DNA of 64,000 bases, taken from the NCBI RefSeq assembly GCF_988243305.1, contig NZ_OZ547136.1. The stretch is one strand, 5' to 3'. A model generated the notes under the pieces. The model was not told the origin of the DNA and did no database searches. It saw only the letters and a list, made by a program, of their open reading frames with translations. Position 1 is the first letter of the stretch, and every line of letters begins with the position of its first letter. Made by a program: the position numbers and the translations under genes. Below, piece by piece: positions 1 through 9,732 of this stretch.

Positions 1-234
1 GTAATCGCAGCGGCATGGAAGTATTAAGACCAAAACAGCACGAGATAAAGCGGCTGAACGTCAGATGAGCCACATGGAACGTAATTCATTAAGGGCGGCT
101 TATATCCATAAAACAGAACACCTGGAATAGCGTCGGTTGATGCTACAGTGGTGGGGGGATTTTCTGGATACAAACTCGAAAGAAAATACCAGCCCCTTTG
201 AGTATACGAAGATTAACAATCCATTAAAATATTA

Positions 235-263
235 AGCACTCCGGGCAATCTGCCCGGAGTGCT
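235..263. repeat. Perfect 13-bp inverted repeat with 3-nt loop (AGCACTCCGGGCA-atc-TGCCCGGAGTGCT); possible terminator or operator
   Basis: Palindrome read directly from sequence; A/T-rich flank on the left side; lies ~200 bp upstream of the first CDS. Confidence 0.3.
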
Positions 264-463
264 TTAGCTGGCATAACGGGCTACTGATCTCCTCTGGTTA
301 CAGATAACGACTTCAGCCCTCTGAAAGAGAAAAGCGGAAGCTCAGGAAGGTTGTGATTTGCTTTTAACCTTTTTAATTTAGAAGTATTATTTTGAGATTA
401 ATCCACTTCCCATCGTCATCCTTTTTGGTGTGCGTGAAAAGCTATTTTTAAGGTTACTGCCTC

Positions 464-2773
464 ATGGAGTTATGGATATTTATAGTAGCTATTTATTTGA
501 TTTATATTCTTTTTTTCAAAAAGAAGAAAACTAAGTCCGCGGGCTCTTATACTTCCGCTCCTGTGAAAGCACCACCTAAAGAATGGCTTGCTAACAACAA
601 AAAAAATCAGTCTGTAATGCAAAACGAGGACAGCGAAGATGACAATCTGGCTACGTTTACACTAAGTGGCGGGCGGAATGTCGAATACAGCATAACAGCC
701 ACTCAACGCCAGAATTTCTCAAAAACTACCGGTGCTTTGGCTCGTTGGATTTTTCCGGGAGAGATGATCACAATCAGTGGGATAGAGGTTACCGGCGGTC
801 ACTTCTATCTTGGGCAGCGTATGAAACCTGCCGGGCATAACTCAGGCGGTTATTATGATGGCAATAACGAGGCATCGCTAGTTGACGACACGCTTAAAAT
901 ATACCCCACACCTTACATTTACGAAGATAGTTCATTAGGGTATTGGCCCAGTTTTTCCTCACTTTCACCTGAAGCTCGTGGTGCGTACCTGAGTTGGCTT
1001 GCCAGCGACAGATGCGACACTTCCTGCCCAATTGGTTACGTTTTCATTTATCTGTATGGTCTGGAAAGAAGGGCGCTTGTTGACAGCAGGGACAACAATA
1101 TATCCGACGATGAGTTCTATTCTCTTTTCAAAGAGATCTGCCGTCTCAGATCGGTTTTCAATGAAAACCGATCTTTCCGGAATTACTCATCCCAGTTACT
1201 TGAAGCGATGTCCATTCTTCGTCTGAACGAAAATCTTGCAGCAGCTCTCAACGATGATTCGGAGTTCAGCAATAGCATGCAGTTCAGGTTAATCCTGGCA
1301 AAGACTGTTGATACAGGAGCCCCGGTTCCAGCGGATCTGGCTCTGACGTGGGTGACAAACCATGCTGAATACTCATTACGAACCCCCGCCCGCCGCTGTG
1401 CGAAAGAATTTGCTGCACTATTTAAACGGCGTTACACCCTTAAATACGGTGAAGGGATGGTAGTGAAGCCGAATAAAGCGCGTCTGCGTTTAGATTACAC
1501 GCCTGCAAGTCCCAGTTTGCGAGGTATTCGGCTTCCTGTTCCCGACTTGCCTGATCCAGGTGCATTGAAAGGCCCTGTTCAGAAGCTTATGGCCATTGCC
1601 GATATATGCACAGGTGAACTGGATGCTTACAGTCGTTACCTTGGTAGAAAAGGTACTTCAGCAAATGATACCGCTGCAATTTTGTTGCTGCCTTCAGAAA
1701 TCGTTAACGAAAGCGCAGAAAAAATATTAAGTACATTCAAACACTGGGCTGATGACGCAATCCGCAGTAAGGGTGGGATAGTTTCAGTTGCTGACTACTG
1801 GTCACATATGAATGCCACCTGTCCGGCGAAGATCAATAAAAAAGAGGCCGACTTAATGCAAGCCTTTGCACAGAAAATGGGATACTGTCTGGCTCCTGAC
1901 CCCTATCACCACCACGTAAAGGCAGATGTCGATGGTGTACTTGTTTTATTCCCTGCTGGTGAAAGAGGACGTTTCTCACCTTCTCCTGAATTTATCACAG
2001 CTGTATTGACGCTCCGATTAGGTTCGGTAGTCGCCTTGATTGACAATTCTCTCGATCAAGCCGAACAGAAAGTGCTTGAGAATGCCATCAACAACAATGC
2101 CAGCTTCAGCGATGATGAAAAGCGCTCTCTGCACGCATATTTAACGTGGCAGCTTCATACTCCGGCGAATATGACGGGAATGAAAAGCCGGATTGAATTA
2201 CTCGGTGCAGCGGAAAAATCAGCTGTGGGTAAGGTTATCGTTAGTGTCGCTTGCTCTGACGGCAGAATTACGCCTGCCGAAATCAAACAGCTTGAGAAGA
2301 TTTATACAAGCCTGGGACTGGATCCCTCATCCGTATCAAGCAATATCCATCAGCATTCCGCAACTGAAACTGCTCTCGTTTCATCTGTACCAGCTAATCA
2401 GTCGACGGCAGGATTTACGCTGGATGCCAACGTACTTGCCCGCCACGAATCTGCCACTGATGATGTTCGTAAATTACTGAACTCAATTTTCACTGAAGAA
2501 GAACCAGAACAACCAGAAAGCGCTCCAGCCTCATTAACCGGGGAAGGGGGACTTGACTCCGCTCATAGCCAACTTTATCGCAGGTTGCTGGAGAAAGAAC
2601 AATGGTCCAGAAAAGAGGCGACAGAGTTGTGTAGTAACTGGAACCTGATGCTCGGCGGTGCGCTTGAGGTGATTAACGATTGGTCCTATGCGGTGGTTGA
2701 TGCACCAGTGCTGGAAGATGCTGATGATCACATTTGGATTGACCTGGAAATAGCCAAAGAATTAGAGGGTTAG
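464..2773 (+). CDS. Membrane-anchored TerB-domain protein (TerB plus TerB-C-like C-terminus); SngA-like component of a Shango-type defense operon
   Basis: 769-aa ORF; N-terminal hydrophobic helix (LWIFIVAIYLIYILFF); TerB-like motif VACSDGRITPAEIKQLEKIYTSLGLD; 3-bp gap to next gene. Confidence 0.7.
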   Translation: MELWIFIVAIYLIYILFFKKKKTKSAGSYTSAPVKAPPKEWLANNKKNQSVMQNEDSEDDNLATFTLSGGRNVEYSITATQRQNFSKTTGALARWIFPGEMITISGIEVTGGHFYLGQRMKPAGHNSGGYYDGNNEASLVDDTLKIYPTPYIYEDSSLGYWPSFSSLSPEARGAYLSWLASDRCDTSCPIGYVFIYLYGLERRALVDSRDNNISDDEFYSLFKEICRLRSVFNENRSFRNYSSQLLEAMSILRLNENLAAALNDDSEFSNSMQFRLILAKTVDTGAPVPADLALTWVTNHAEYSLRTPARRCAKEFAALFKRRYTLKYGEGMVVKPNKARLRLDYTPASPSLRGIRLPVPDLPDPGALKGPVQKLMAIADICTGELDAYSRYLGRKGTSANDTAAILLLPSEIVNESAEKILSTFKHWADDAIRSKGGIVSVADYWSHMNATCPAKINKKEADLMQAFAQKMGYCLAPDPYHHHVKADVDGVLVLFPAGERGRFSPSPEFITAVLTLRLGSVVALIDNSLDQAEQKVLENAINNNASFSDDEKRSLHAYLTWQLHTPANMTGMKSRIELLGAAEKSAVGKVIVSVACSDGRITPAEIKQLEKIYTSLGLDPSSVSSNIHQHSATETALVSSVPANQSTAGFTLDANVLARHESATDDVRKLLNSIFTEEEPEQPESAPASLTGEGGLDSAHSQLYRRLLEKEQWSRKEATELCSNWNLMLGGALEVINDWSYAVVDAPVLEDADDHIWIDLEIAKELEG

Positions 2774-2776
2774 TGA

Positions 2777-4093
2777 ATGTCTGTAACACGTATAAGAGTG
2801 AAAGAGCGCGACGCTATCATTCAGTCACTTAAGTCGGGAGTAACGCCAAGAATAGGTATTCAGCATATCCAGGTTGGCCGCGTGAATGAGATAACCGCCC
2901 TCCATCAGGATATTGAACGGATTGCTGATGGCGGGGCAAGCTTCAGACTTATCATTGGTGAGTACGGTTCCGGGAAAACATTCTTTTTAAGTGTTGTACG
3001 GTCTATTGCGTTAGAGAAGAAGCTGGTCACGGTCAGTGCAGACCTTTCTCCCGACAGACGTATCCACTCATCGGGAGGTCAGGCTCGTAATCTCTACTCA
3101 GAGCTTATGAAAAATATGTCCACCAGAAACAAACCAGATGGCAATGCATTACTTAGCGTTGTGGAAAGGTTTGTTACTGAGGCAAGGAAGGAAGCTGATG
3201 CGAACGGCTCCCTGGTCTCATCCGTTATTCATAAACGCCTTGCTGCTTTGTCAGATATGGTGGGAGGATATGACTTTGCGAAGGTCATTGACGCATTCTG
3301 GCGCGGGCATGAGCAGGATAACGAAACCTTAAAATCCAATGCTATTCGCTGGTTGCGGGGCGAGTACACCACAAAAACTGATGCCCGTAATGATCTTGAC
3401 GTCCGAACGATTATCTCAGACGCCTCGTTCTATGATTCTTTGAAGTTGATGAGCCTTTTTGTCCGTCAGGCAGGCTATGCCGGACTTTTAGTTAGCCTCG
3501 ACGAGATGGTGAACCTCTTCAAGTTGAATAATACGCAAGCGAGAACGGCCAACTACGAACAAATTTTGCGGATCCTGAATGACTGCCTGCAAGGCTCCGC
3601 TGAAAATATTGGTTTTATCCTCGGGGGGACGCCAGAATTTCTTTTCGATCCACGTAAGGGGCTCTACAGCTATGAAGCGCTCCAGTCGCGTCTGGCAGAA
3701 AACCGATTCGCACAGAAAGCTGGCGTGATTGACTACTCGTCCCCCACGCTGCATCTTGCCAGCCTCACTCCTGAGGAACTGTATATTTTACTGAAAAACC
3801 TTCGTCATGTTTATGCTGGTGGAGATCCCGCAAATTATCTGGTGCCAGATGATGCTCTGACCGGGTTTCTGCATCACTGCAGCAAAACCATCGGAGATGC
3901 TTACTTTCGAACTCCCCGCAATACCATAAAAGGTTTTCTGGATATGCTGGCTGTGCTGGAACAAAACAGAACGATGAACTGGCAAACCCTCATTGAGGGG
4001 GTGGCGATTGAAGAAGACAAGCTCAGCGATATGGATGATGCCATTGTGGAGGAAAGTGATGACGATGATGGCCTGGCGAATTTCAGATTATGA
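2777..4093 (+). CDS. P-loop ATPase (DUF2791/BrxC-like), SngB-like
   Basis: 438-aa ORF with Walker A GEYGSGKT; stop overlaps start of the helicase gene (ATGA at 4090). Confidence 0.7.
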   Translation: MSVTRIRVKERDAIIQSLKSGVTPRIGIQHIQVGRVNEITALHQDIERIADGGASFRLIIGEYGSGKTFFLSVVRSIALEKKLVTVSADLSPDRRIHSSGGQARNLYSELMKNMSTRNKPDGNALLSVVERFVTEARKEADANGSLVSSVIHKRLAALSDMVGGYDFAKVIDAFWRGHEQDNETLKSNAIRWLRGEYTTKTDARNDLDVRTIISDASFYDSLKLMSLFVRQAGYAGLLVSLDEMVNLFKLNNTQARTANYEQILRILNDCLQGSAENIGFILGGTPEFLFDPRKGLYSYEALQSRLAENRFAQKAGVIDYSSPTLHLASLTPEELYILLKNLRHVYAGGDPANYLVPDDALTGFLHHCSKTIGDAYFRTPRNTIKGFLDMLAVLEQNRTMNWQTLIEGVAIEEDKLSDMDDAIVEESDDDDGLANFRL

Positions 4094-6288
4094 GTAGTGC
4101 CTACAATAGTCTTGATCCCCGTGTCCGTAAGTGGGTTTATAAGCAGGGCTGGTCATCCTTAAGGCCCTTGCAGGAAAGCTCTATTCCGGCAATTTTAGCC
4201 CGTGATCGTGATGTACTAATTAGTGCAGGTACAGCTGCGGGTAAAACAGAGGCTTTCTTTCTTCCTGCCTGTTCAGCGATTGCAGATCTCACTGGTGGAT
4301 TTGGCATTATCTATATCAGTCCATTGAAGGCATTAATTAACGATCAACACCGTCGTCTTGAGAGTCTTGGTGAAGCCCTGGAAATGCAAGTGACGCCCTG
4401 GCACGGGGATGTACCACAAAGCAAAAAGAAGAAAGCACGGACAACCCCTTCTGGCATCTTACTTATCACACCTGAATCACTTGAGTCTTTGCTCATAAAC
4501 TCATTGGGTTGGCTCAAACAGGCGTTTTCTTCTGTGGCATACATTGTTATTGATGAGTTCCATGCTTTTATTGGCTCAGAGCGTGGTATACAGCTGCTTT
4601 CTCTGCTTAACAGAATTGACCATGTGCTGGGACGCCAGTTGAATCCAGTTCCCCGTGTCGCGTTGAGTGCCACGCTGGGAGAGCTGGAAAAAGTACCAGA
4701 ACTATTGCGCCCGGATAAGAGATTACCTTGTGAAACGGTAACAGACAGTAATAGCAAAGCCACACTACAGGTTCAGGTTAAAGGTTATCTTGAGCGGGTG
4801 CCCGAAAAAGGAGAAGAGCTCCAGAGCTCTGCTGAACAGCTCGTCTGCGCGGATATTTTCAGGCTCTGCCGTGGCGATTCCCACCTGGTCTTTGCTAACA
4901 GTCGAAAGCGTACTGAAAGCATAGCGGCAACACTGAGCGACATGTGTGAAGCAAATGTCGTTCCTAATGAATTCTTTCCTCATCATGGTTCCCTTGCAAG
5001 GGAGTTGCGTGAGGCGCTTGAAGCCCGACTGCAGAAAGGGAATTTGCCCACAACCGCTGTTTGTACAATGACGCTGGAGCTGGGTATTGATATTGGTAAG
5101 GTGCAGTCTGTCATACAAGTGACACCTCCGCATTCTGTTTCCAGTCTGCGTCAACGCATGGGACGTTCAGGGCGGCGCGATTCCCCATCGGTGCTGAGAA
5201 TGTTAATTACTGAACCTGAACTTACCGCAACCAGCAGCATTGTGGATCATTTACGGCTGCAGTTGGTTCAGGCGATGGCAATGATCAGGTTGATGATCTC
5301 TAAGCGCTGGTTCGAGCCTGCAGATATCCGGCAGAAACATTACTCCACACTACTACACCAGATCCTGGCTATTACTGCGCAATGGGGAGGTGTTCGTGCC
5401 GATCAGCTCTGGTCACAACTTTGCCAGACAGGTCCGTTCCGGAATGTGGATATAAATGACTTCAAAAGTCTGCTTAAACATATGGGGACATGTGGCCTGC
5501 TCACTCAACTAACCAGCGGTGAAATAGTTGTCGGGGCTGAGGGGGAGAAGCTGACTAATCACTACACGTTTTATGCCGTATTCAATACACCTGAGGAGTT
5601 TCGCATTGTAACGGGAAACCGAACTCTTGGCACAGTGCCTGTAGACTCCCCACTTTTGCCGGAGCAGCACATCATCTTCGGCGGACGGCGCTGGAAAGTG
5701 ACAGAGATCGAGGTTGAAAAAAAGGTTATCTATGTTGAGACGACTAAAGGCGGTCAGCCGCCACTATTCAGTGGTACCGGGATGTCTGTTCATGATGTTG
5801 TTCGCCAGGAAATGCTCACTATCTACAGGGAAAATGATTACCGTATCGCGGTAGGCAACAAGAGAGTCGATTATGCTGATGCCGCAGCCAGAAGCCTCTT
5901 CGCGGAAGGAAGTGACAACTTCCAACGCTACAATCTACAAAATGACTGTTTTATTGCCAGTGGTCAGAACTGCTACGTGATCCCGTGGATGGGGGATAAA
6001 ATTGTCAATACAATTACGTCCCTGATTATACGTTGTGGCTTTAAAGCCAGTTCATTTGCAGGTGTGATAGAGGTAGAGGACTCAGGCGTTGCCTCTGTCC
6101 AGCGTGCACTTAAGAAAATGCTATTGTCGGGGCTACCTTCAGAGTTTGAGCTTGCTGCAGTTGTTCCCGACAAGTATCTGGATAAATATGACGAGTATTT
6201 ACCAGAGACTTTGCTTGCTAAAGGGTATGGGGCACAGGCGTATGATATAGAAGGAACGTGCATCTGGCTGCAGAAACACCTTCAGTAG
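4090..6288 (+). CDS. DEAD/DEAH-box superfamily-2 helicase with C-terminal extension (DUF1998-like), SngC-like
   Basis: 732-aa ORF; motif I GTAAGKTEAF, motif II VIDEFHAF; third gene of overlapping operon. Confidence 0.75.
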   Translation: MSSAYNSLDPRVRKWVYKQGWSSLRPLQESSIPAILARDRDVLISAGTAAGKTEAFFLPACSAIADLTGGFGIIYISPLKALINDQHRRLESLGEALEMQVTPWHGDVPQSKKKKARTTPSGILLITPESLESLLINSLGWLKQAFSSVAYIVIDEFHAFIGSERGIQLLSLLNRIDHVLGRQLNPVPRVALSATLGELEKVPELLRPDKRLPCETVTDSNSKATLQVQVKGYLERVPEKGEELQSSAEQLVCADIFRLCRGDSHLVFANSRKRTESIAATLSDMCEANVVPNEFFPHHGSLARELREALEARLQKGNLPTTAVCTMTLELGIDIGKVQSVIQVTPPHSVSSLRQRMGRSGRRDSPSVLRMLITEPELTATSSIVDHLRLQLVQAMAMIRLMISKRWFEPADIRQKHYSTLLHQILAITAQWGGVRADQLWSQLCQTGPFRNVDINDFKSLLKHMGTCGLLTQLTSGEIVVGAEGEKLTNHYTFYAVFNTPEEFRIVTGNRTLGTVPVDSPLLPEQHIIFGGRRWKVTEIEVEKKVIYVETTKGGQPPLFSGTGMSVHDVVRQEMLTIYRENDYRIAVGNKRVDYADAAARSLFAEGSDNFQRYNLQNDCFIASGQNCYVIPWMGDKIVNTITSLIIRCGFKASSFAGVIEVEDSGVASVQRALKKMLLSGLPSEFELAAVVPDKYLDKYDEYLPETLLAKGYGAQAYDIEGTCIWLQKHLQ

Positions 6289-6302
6289 ACTGGATATGTA
6301 GT

Positions 6303-6340
6303 CAGGGTATAAATAAGTATTTATACCCTTATTTTTTACT
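6303..6340 (+). terminator. Rho-independent terminator after the helicase gene
   Basis: Hairpin AGGGTATAAATA-ag-TATTTATACCCT followed by TATTTTTT, 15 bp after stop codon at 6286-6288. Confidence 0.6.
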
Positions 6341-6659
6341 TACCTGTGGACTTACTTGGCTTTAATCCCGGAGTATTGCCAGGAGTATCTTTATTATCGC
6401 GTCGGCGTTGATCCGGTTTTCCTGTTGACTTAGCAATTGGTTTTGGACCTGGTTTTAGACCCATGATAGTTATCCTTCGAGATGTAAGAGGAATGCCCTC
6501 AACATTGGTATATTCTATACTGAGAAATTTTTCAATGGGAATGTTCAACGGCCGAATGATTAACTCGATATTGTGAGCAATGTCTTTTTTTGGCACAGAG
6601 CGAACCGTTAGATTGCGCGTATTTTTATGGAAGGAGATCATCCAATAACGGTTATTCAC
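6336..6659 (-). CDS. Hypothetical protein, Lys/Pro/Gly-rich C-terminus; last gene of the ParB/PAPS-reductase operon
   Basis: 107-aa ORF; N-terminal peptide MISFHKNT shared with the ORF starting at 11417; no recognisable domain. Confidence 0.35.
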   Translation of the reverse strand: MNNRYWMISFHKNTRNLTVRSVPKKDIAHNIELIIRPLNIPIEKFLSIEYTNVEGIPLTSRRITIMGLKPGPKPIAKSTGKPDQRRRDNKDTPGNTPGLKPSKSTGK

Positions 6660-6723
6660 CGTTCTCCTTTATGGTAATACGAACCTGTTTTTTTAATATA
6701 TAGAAAAATTACTCCGACATGTT

Positions 6724-7368
6724 TTATCTTTTTGAAATCAGGACATTTACCAACTCACTTAAAACTCTCTTTTGTTCTTCATCCTGAAGATATTGAATCC
6801 GGAATTTAATCTCTTCTGCAACCCGCCTTGTATCGGACTCATTAAGTATTTTTGTTATTCGCTGTCTCTGATGTTCAGGCTGGTCTTCCATATTTCGTAA
6901 AACCAGATGAAATAATATATCATAAAGTGCGCAATGCCATGAATAACCATCATTGGTTAGAATAAGCTCCCAAACCCGCTCCTGTTCGGCAATAAGCTGC
7001 AGAACAAAGGATTCAACCTGTTCTGATTGTCCGGGGACAACCCGGTATAGCGGCGCAATCACAGCAAAAAACAGTTCATTTAGCCAGGATTCCGCCTCTT
7101 TCTCGCTCCTGAAAGATGGACAGTTCTGTATTCTTCGTTCGTATTCACGGGTAACCTGCTCCGGAATATCCTCCGGCGGTGTCAGCCACTTATTCCTGAG
7201 CAATATACTGGTTGACGGATGGCAGCAGGCTATTTCAGCAATAATTTCACGTAATGCCTCCGGGCTGAATTTCTTCAGCTGATTGTAGTGCTCCCGGGTA
7301 AAACCATGATCATCGCATAAAAGTTGCCATGTCATTGATATACTGTTTGCCATTCCTTTCTTCATCAT
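6724..7368 (-). CDS. Hypothetical protein (214 aa), operon partner of ParB-like/PAPS-reductase-like genes
   Basis: Intact ORF 20 bp downstream of preceding gene on same strand; no recognised domain. Confidence 0.5.
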   Translation of the reverse strand: MMKKGMANSISMTWQLLCDDHGFTREHYNQLKKFSPEALREIIAEIACCHPSTSILLRNKWLTPPEDIPEQVTREYERRIQNCPSFRSEKEAESWLNELFFAVIAPLYRVVPGQSEQVESFVLQLIAEQERVWELILTNDGYSWHCALYDILFHLVLRNMEDQPEHQRQRITKILNESDTRRVAEEIKFRIQYLQDEEQKRVLSELVNVLISKR

Positions 7369-7388
7369 TAATACCTGTTACCTGAATA

Positions 7389-7697
7389 TCAACAGACCGG
7401 TGTACCTTTTCTGAATACCTCCCCGGACGGACTGGCAATCCCCATTCGCCTCAGCGTGGCATCTGCAGCTTTCGCCACTTCGCTGATATCCAGCTTTTCA
7501 GGTAGCGGCGGGGACGATATCTGCGCCAGACAATAATTCCTGCGCAACAACAACCACTCCCGTTGTGCTTCTGTACATTCAACATTTCCCATAACAAAAA
7601 GCCAGCGGGCGGAAGCTCTGCGCCAGCAACCCGCAGCCTCCAGCTTCTGTGCAACCATGTCTTCCACGACTTCCGGGGTACTCTTTTTCCTGCTCAA
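7389..7697 (-). CDS. Hypothetical small protein (102 aa)
   Basis: ORF 39 bp downstream of ParB-like gene, same strand; no recognised domain. Confidence 0.45.
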   Translation of the reverse strand: MSRKKSTPEVVEDMVAQKLEAAGCWRRASARWLFVMGNVECTEAQREWLLLRRNYCLAQISSPPLPEKLDISEVAKAADATLRRMGIASPSGEVFRKGTPVC

Positions 7698-7736
7698 AAC
7701 ATTAACTCACTGAAATAATATACATATATGACGGTC

Positions 7737-8375
7737 TCAGCGAACCGTCCATGCCGGACTGAAATCCTCTTCCAGAAACAGCTCCGTCAGCCCGCTAATC
7801 TGTTTCAACCTGAGAACTTCATCCTGGTCCATACCCAGCTCCGTACCAATACGTTCATCCGTCCAGCCCAGCCGCGACAGGTCCCTGACAATATCAGACA
7901 TTGAAGTTATCTGGTGCTTCCCCCTGGCCCGGTTATGTCTAATGGTTGCAGCAATACGTGAGGCCTGTCCCTTTCTTTCCGGATTAATACAGGTCACTGG
8001 CAACCAGCCCTTCAGGCGTTTTCCCGTACCTGCTTCCCTGCCCAGTAATTGACGATGAAAACCATCCACGACCAGATAATGCTCCTTCTCTTCCGAGACA
8101 ACCACAGGCTGCGTGAACCCATCCTGCTCCAGTGAATGTTTCAGCAGTTTCTTCTCACCCGGCGCCATGACATTGGGGTTATAATCGTTGGCCACCACCT
8201 CATCTGCTTTCACCCACAGCACACAGTCCACAGGCTCCTGTGCAAATGGACTGACCTCATGAAGCACCCTGCGCAGATGATTCAGGGCCTGTATGGCCTC
8301 TTCTTCTGGTCGTTCCTGGCTGAAGTACTGACGAATCATGTTGCTCAGTATCTCCGGTGTCACAGAATCCCCCAT
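7737..8375 (-). CDS. ParB/Srx-like nuclease-domain protein (IbrB/YbdM family)
   Basis: 212-aa ORF with ParB-like core (YLVVDGFHR); overlaps upstream PAPS-reductase-like gene by 16 nt. Confidence 0.8.
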   Translation of the reverse strand: MGDSVTPEILSNMIRQYFSQERPEEEAIQALNHLRRVLHEVSPFAQEPVDCVLWVKADEVVANDYNPNVMAPGEKKLLKHSLEQDGFTQPVVVSEEKEHYLVVDGFHRQLLGREAGTGKRLKGWLPVTCINPERKGQASRIAATIRHNRARGKHQITSMSDIVRDLSRLGWTDERIGTELGMDQDEVLRLKQISGLTELFLEEDFSPAWTVR

Positions 8376-9592
8376 TCCTTCCTCCTTTCTTTCATACGCT
8401 GCAGATAACGTTCATAGTGCCGGGGTTTGTTCGGACTGAAGGAGAGGGTACGGCACCAGAAATCATTCTTTATAAGTGTCTTACAGATACGCCGCCAGGA
8501 CGGAATATCCCGGCTCCCCAGGTCATTCTCCTGTTCATCCGGGATGTCATCCGGGAAGCCCCGCGTCTGATACCAGCGCAGGTAGACAGCAATTTTATTA
8601 CGGTAATGTTCTGCCGTTCTTTCCGGCATCACATCCAGCAGGAACATCGCATAGCTGCGCCAGGTATGATGGGCTGGTTTTGATATACGTTTACGCAGGG
8701 CAAAATAGGCACCGCTTTCATTGGCATAAAGCGCCCCGCTGGCAGCGCCTGACACCCGCTCACACATCCTGGCCCAGGTTTCCGGTTCCAGAACATGGTA
8801 AAGCCACAGTCCCTTACGTTGTTCAGGACCAAAAGGTTCACAGACACGCATGTTGCGTAACGGTACGCCGGCACGGTACATCAGATCATACAGGGGATTG
8901 TAGATGGCACGGGTTCTGGTGTGATATATCCAGATATCACGAGTTTTCCAGTCATACAGCGGATACATAGTGTAGTAAAACCCTTCAGGCGATGCCGTGG
9001 TCCAAGGCTTATCATCGGCATATCTCAGTTTGCGCTGGGACACCAGTCCCATAAAGCGGTTGAGGGATTCATCCGCCCGAACACCGGTCAGCACTGCCAC
9101 TCCACACCGGTTGCCAGCAAACCAGGAAGAAAATGCCGGAACAAATTCTTCAAACGTCATGGCATACCGGTAAAAGGGAAAATACGCCATATCCGTAATG
9201 GCCTCTTCCGGTGGCTGGCGAACCCAGGTCACACGAGGCTCCCAGCATATCCACTCCGGTTGAAACTGCGAGACACCGTTTACCGTGGTCAGGGGAAGCG
9301 CCACCCAGTAAAAGGTTTCCGTCACATCATGGTACATTTCCCGCATCTTCTGAATATGTTCAATGGTGCACTGGTACTGAGCCTCCCAGTCAATGAACAG
9401 TACAGAGAAACGACGTCTTTTCCTGCGGGCCACATCAGCCACAAGATGGAAAAGCACGGTGGAATCTTTACCACCGGAAAAAGAGAGACAAACTGATGGA
9501 AATGTTTCAAAAATCCACTCAATACGAGCAATTGCTGCACGCAGAACATTCTCTCCAGTAAGGACTTTCTCCGTTAAAAAATTATCATTCAT
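8360..9592 (-). CDS. PAPS reductase-like / adenine nucleotide alpha-hydrolase protein (IbrA/YbdN family, DndC-like fold)
   Basis: 410-aa ORF with PP-loop SFSGGKDS near N-terminus; translationally coupled to the ParB-like gene. Confidence 0.8.
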   Translation of the reverse strand: MNDNFLTEKVLTGENVLRAAIARIEWIFETFPSVCLSFSGGKDSTVLFHLVADVARRKRRRFSVLFIDWEAQYQCTIEHIQKMREMYHDVTETFYWVALPLTTVNGVSQFQPEWICWEPRVTWVRQPPEEAITDMAYFPFYRYAMTFEEFVPAFSSWFAGNRCGVAVLTGVRADESLNRFMGLVSQRKLRYADDKPWTTASPEGFYYTMYPLYDWKTRDIWIYHTRTRAIYNPLYDLMYRAGVPLRNMRVCEPFGPEQRKGLWLYHVLEPETWARMCERVSGAASGALYANESGAYFALRKRISKPAHHTWRSYAMFLLDVMPERTAEHYRNKIAVYLRWYQTRGFPDDIPDEQENDLGSRDIPSWRRICKTLIKNDFWCRTLSFSPNKPRHYERYLQRMKERRKEWGIL

Positions 9593-9732
9593 TTATTTTT
9601 ACTTTATGCAAAAGAAACCTGTTTATGCTTTCAACATATAGCAACAAACATTAAATGACGTTTAATTAGCCACTACTAAAATTGCTTACTTTCATCCTGA
9701 TGAACATATAAAACATATTACAAACATATTTA

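Noticed and set aside
8476-9496. ORFs on the plus strand opposite the PAPS-reductase-like gene (8476-8970, 8921-9496)
   Set aside because: They are antisense to a gene with a clear PP-loop motif and operon coupling, and have no independent support.
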